DNA of 64,000 nucleotides from Gemmatimonadota bacterium. Its GTDB lineage: Bacteria > Gemmatimonadota > Gemmatimonadetes > Gemmatimonadales > GWC2-71-9. The notes beneath the pieces were generated by a model, which had not been told where the DNA came from, made no database searches, and worked only from the letters and a program-made list of their open reading frames with translations. How positions within the stretch are numbered: position 1 is the stretch's first letter; every line of letters starts with the position of its first letter. Where the stretch lies: the NCBI GenBank assembly GCA_036679605.1, contig JAZDCZ010000247.1, forward strand, positions 32,001 through 96,000, given 5' to 3'. Shown in pieces: positions 60,652 through 64,000 of this stretch. The position numbers and the translations under genes were made by a program.

Positions 60652-61713
60652 ATGAATATGCAAGCGCTGGAATCAGCCATCTTAGGCGAACTGGAGCGCC
60701 TGGCCGAAGCTGGCTTCGGGTACCGGCTCCGTCATGCCCCGGATCCACGTATCGACCTGCTCGTGGAGATTCAGCCCCACGGCGACCAGTGGATTCCCAT
60801 CGCAATTGAAGTATGCCGTAACCCGCGGCGCGGGCCAGTTCACGAAATTGCCGAGAAAGCAAGAAGCGTCGCCAAATCGCTAGGGGCTGTTGCGGCCGTG
60901 GGCTTGCCAGGGATCGGGCCGGGCCTCAAGAGATTCCTTCGGGATCTGGGAGTGGGGTACGTAAGTGCCGACGGTCAAATATATATCAAAGGTCCGGGAA
61001 TCTTGATCGATCGTGAGCGACCCGCTTCGCAGCGCAAGTTCGCCTGGGATCAACGGAGTAACCCGTTCGCTGACAAGTCGTCGCTCCTGCTCCGTTACCT
61101 GTTCAGCCAACCGGCCGTCTCGCTCGGCGTTCTCGGGTTGTCCGCTGAACTCGGAATCAGCCCTGGTTTGGTGTCCCGGCTCGTGTCCCGTCTGAGAAGC
61201 GATGGCTACGTGGTGGAACAAGGCGGCGTAATGAAGCTCGCGGACCGAGATGTGTTGCTCGACGATTGGCAACACTTCTATCGTCACCGTGCTAAGCGCC
61301 AGCGGGAACAGCGCTTCTACCTCCACGCACGTGACTCGGCGGCGGTCATGCAACAACTCGCGGCCGTAGCGGCCGAACACGACCTGCCCCGATGGGGACT
61401 CTCGTTTCAGGCGGGAGCCTCGCTCGTCGCACCGTACGCATTTTTCTCAGAGGTGCACGTCCTTGTCGACCCCATCTCCTGGGACGAAGCTGTGGCGGCG
61501 TTCGGCCGCAGGTTCGGCCTTGAGGCGGTCCAGCGCGAGGCCAATGTGGTTGTGGTTCAACCATACTACAAGCACTCGTGGCATTACGGCCTGCGTGAGA
61601 TTGAGGGCCTCCCGGTGGTCAGCAATCTCCAGCTCTATCTCGACCTGAGTGTCTATCCCAGACGAGGTGCCGAGCAGGCCCTTCGCATTCGGGAAAATCT
61701 CTTGGCGGCATGA
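60652..61713 (+). CDS. AbiEi_2-like type IV antitoxin (REase-like N-terminus plus wHTH)
   Basis: NPFADKSS, HTH ISPGLVSRLVSRL, PVVSNLQLYLDL...RGAEQA. Confidence 0.78.
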   Translation: MNMQALESAILGELERLAEAGFGYRLRHAPDPRIDLLVEIQPHGDQWIPIAIEVCRNPRRGPVHEIAEKARSVAKSLGAVAAVGLPGIGPGLKRFLRDLGVGYVSADGQIYIKGPGILIDRERPASQRKFAWDQRSNPFADKSSLLLRYLFSQPAVSLGVLGLSAELGISPGLVSRLVSRLRSDGYVVEQGGVMKLADRDVLLDDWQHFYRHRAKRQREQRFYLHARDSAAVMQQLAAVAAEHDLPRWGLSFQAGASLVAPYAFFSEVHVLVDPISWDEAVAAFGRRFGLEAVQREANVVVVQPYYKHSWHYGLREIEGLPVVSNLQLYLDLSVYPRRGAEQALRIRENLLAA

Positions 61714-62555
61714 ACGCCACCGGTCTCGATCGTGCCCTGAAGGCGCTCGGTCCGTACCTGGGCGACATCATCATCTGCGGCGCATGGGCGTGGTACCTCT
61801 ACCGCCGCTGCCTGGCCCCGTCCTCCTGGGTTCCGGTGGAGTTCACGCGAGACTTGGATTGTATCAGTAGCGAGCGGCTCCCGGTTCGCGATGCGCACCT
61901 ATTCGAGCGACTGACTGCCAACGACTTTGAATGGGTGCCGCGTGGGTCAGAGACGCCACCGGTCGCTCATTTCGCATGGCCTGACGAGAAGCACGCTGAG
62001 GTCGAGATCGAGTTTCTTGTTCCCGCCCGCGGCGACGGATCCAGACGCATCGTCGAAATCCAGCGTGGCGTCACGGCGCAGGCCCTCCGCCATCTCGAGA
62101 TCCTGACGGAGGCGCCGCTGGATCTGCCGATCGACGACGAGTCTCCTGTCGCCGGTGAAATGGAGTTCAGAGGAACAATCAAGCTTCCGAGGATGGGACA
62201 CTTCGTAATTCAGAAGGCGTTGATCCATTCTCGGCGTCCTCGCAATGAGCAGGTGAAAGATCTGTTCTACGTTGTCGAGCTCCTCGATCGTGGAAACGGA
62301 CTCTCGGCGCGATGCCTCGAGGAGGTGGTCGCGGCAGATGCTCAATGGCAGAGTGGCGTCGATCAGTTGGTCAACGTGCTCGACCGGCGAGCCGGCGAGC
62401 CGCAGTTTCTCATGGCCGTTTCCCAACAGTATCCAGTCGAGAAGCGACCGCTGCGCATGTACTTTGAACGAGAAATCCGGAGATGGCTTGAGAAACTGCA
62501 GGAAACCCGGGCCGGCAGTACGAGAACGTCCGTAGGTCAGCTCCGTGGAAGCTAG
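61710..62555 (+). CDS. Nucleotidyltransferase toxin-like protein (GSU2403/AbiEii-like)
   Basis: IICGAWA...TRDLD, IEFLVP, QKAL...KDLFY; ATGA coupling. Confidence 0.75.
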   Translation: MNATGLDRALKALGPYLGDIIICGAWAWYLYRRCLAPSSWVPVEFTRDLDCISSERLPVRDAHLFERLTANDFEWVPRGSETPPVAHFAWPDEKHAEVEIEFLVPARGDGSRRIVEIQRGVTAQALRHLEILTEAPLDLPIDDESPVAGEMEFRGTIKLPRMGHFVIQKALIHSRRPRNEQVKDLFYVVELLDRGNGLSARCLEEVVAADAQWQSGVDQLVNVLDRRAGEPQFLMAVSQQYPVEKRPLRMYFEREIRRWLEKLQETRAGSTRTSVGQLRGS

Positions 62556-63472
62556 ACATTCTTGTCAATCCAATTAATCAGCCGTTCGAGGTCCGAACCG
62601 TCTAGTCTGCGCGATGGCACGCCGATACCGTTCACGGCAAGTTGCGCAAACGCCGCTTGGTGTTCTTTGAGCTTCTGACGGAGAAGAGTATCTGCCGCGT
62701 ACTCAGTCACTTTGCGTCCCTGGGTGGACCGCCACCAATCGTCCAGGTCGGCAAATAACGCGAATGTCTCGAACCATCCATGCCACTTGGGTGGTTGCGA
62801 GATTTCCAGAACCTTAGACCATGCCTTCGTGTCAGCGAAATACGTCGTCGGTTGATCGTCTACTGTGGCATGAATGAACCGGGCGGCTGCCAGGTCATCG
62901 AGCGCGCGCCTTGTCGCCGCGTCGGTGAAGCCTAGCGCCTTTGCAAGCGGCCGCACAGCGATCCATTTCCCGCGCTCCGCTAGGAGATAGCTCAGCGCAT
63001 CCGCCCGAAGCCCCACGCCGAACCCCAGACGGAGTCGCATCATCAATGCACTGGGTTCGACGAATTCGCCTGTGACCTCCCACTCTTTGCCGCGTCCCCG
63101 TGGTACCTCATGGTCGACGTCTCCGGCAAGAGACTTCCAGCGAGCATCTTTGCCCTCCACGACTGCAAGCGCGGCAAACTCATGCAACGCTTGGGTCGTC
63201 GACTCAGGAAAGGAACGCGCTAAGTTCCTGGTGCGTTGCACGCTCAGCAATCGCACACCCACAGGAACCCATGCGCGGAGCAAATCCCATAACCTGCGTT
63301 CGTGTTCTCGGAATGCCAACGACAGCAGAACCAAAGCTTCCGGGTCCACGATCGACGTCGCACGGTTTACTGTGGACGCCATACTTCCGAGTGCGGCCCA
63401 TTGCGCCCAGGCGACCGACACTGCGGTCTCCCGAATCCTTGCGGCGATGTTAGGTAAGATCTTGCTTGACAT
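62552..63472 (-). CDS. wHTH-containing partner protein (putative antitoxin)
   Basis: WAQWAALG, VDPEALVL, LRLGFGVGLRAD, HTH-like LAKALGFTDAATRRALDDL; overlaps the upstream NTase gene. Confidence 0.6.
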   Translation of the reverse strand: MSSKILPNIAARIRETAVSVAWAQWAALGSMASTVNRATSIVDPEALVLLSLAFREHERRLWDLLRAWVPVGVRLLSVQRTRNLARSFPESTTQALHEFAALAVVEGKDARWKSLAGDVDHEVPRGRGKEWEVTGEFVEPSALMMRLRLGFGVGLRADALSYLLAERGKWIAVRPLAKALGFTDAATRRALDDLAAARFIHATVDDQPTTYFADTKAWSKVLEISQPPKWHGWFETFALFADLDDWWRSTQGRKVTEYAADTLLRQKLKEHQAAFAQLAVNGIGVPSRRLDGSDLERLINWIDKNV

Positions 63473-64000
63473 GATCTGCCACCTGCCCGAGCACCGAATG
63501 GAACTCCGGCGAGACGTCTTGTGTCCGCACCCAATCCGTCGCCCAATCGATTTCATCGGCTGACGGTTGGAGGGCGAGGAGATCCTGGTAGTGTACGCTC
63601 GTTGGACCGGTCGAGTCTGCAGCGGCGTACAGTTTGAATGCGACGAGGTCCAGGCGGCTGGCGATGCCGACCGCGAGTGTATGGTATCGCTGCCATTGCA
63701 CGCGATCCTCGAACCCGGGCGGCAGTCCTTGTCGCCATTGCAGAGCTGGGCCGAGGTTGAGCCACGTGGGGTCGAGCCCGAGATCGTCCGCAACGATTTG
63801 CCGGGCGCGCTGCAGGGGCTCCGGAAGCTCTTCGCCCGGATCCGTCAGCCGAGGCCGATCGGCGTCGGGCGGATGTCCCAGGGCGAGGACATCGACATCT
63901 CGTGTAGCGCGGTCGACCACTCCCAAGATTTGGAGCGCTGCCCCACCAATCACGACGATCGCGATGCTAACCCCTTCTGCTTGAAGAATTTGGCCGACAG
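63450..64000 (-). CDS. DUF6036-like nucleotidyltransferase; 5' end outside the window
   Basis: IVVIGGAAL...RATRDVD...DLVAFKLYAA. Confidence 0.78.
   Translation of the reverse strand, partial: VGQILQAEGVSIAIVVIGGAALQILGVVDRATRDVDVLALGHPPDADRPRLTDPGEELPEPLQRARQIVADDLGLDPTWLNLGPALQWRQGLPPGFEDRVQWQRYHTLAVGIASRLDLVAFKLYAAADSTGPTSVHYQDLLALQPSADEIDWATDWVRTQDVSPEFHSVLGQVADHVKQDLT

Overview
The window has two parts. Bases 1-26,000 are compact housekeeping DNA of a high-GC bacterium; the gene content is Gemmatimonadota-like, which is an inference. This part holds an N-terminally extended ppk1, peptidases and hydrolases, MscS, a Ca2+/H+ antiporter, an SPFH operon, iorAB-type oxidoreductase genes, dut, and aceBA behind a consensus sigma54 promoter. 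From about 26,180 to the end is a mosaic, partly decayed accessory/defence island. It carries about ten small lipoproteins, an S1 protease flanked by two diversified paralogous lipoproteins, HEPN-type proteins and a proteasome-beta-like Ntn hydrolase linked to a PIN toxin-antitoxin pair. It also has a trypsin gene with integron-cassette ends, a type I R-M locus (hsdS broken by an amber codon) and three consecutive nucleotidyltransferase (type IV TA-like) modules. The most striking candidate system is a tightly coupled four-gene operon: N6-adenine DNA methyltransferase, MORC/GHKL ATPase fused to a histidine kinase, stand-alone receiver, and HNH nuclease. It looks like a restriction-type module gated by its own two-component relay. 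The island also contains recombination scars that the ORF track does not resolve: duplicated att-like sites, three XRE-gene 3' halves truncated at the same point, three attC-like hairpin repeats, a captured guaB/agcS tail-to-tail fragment and an integrase C-terminal remnant. All protein calls come from motif recognition by eye; no searches were run.
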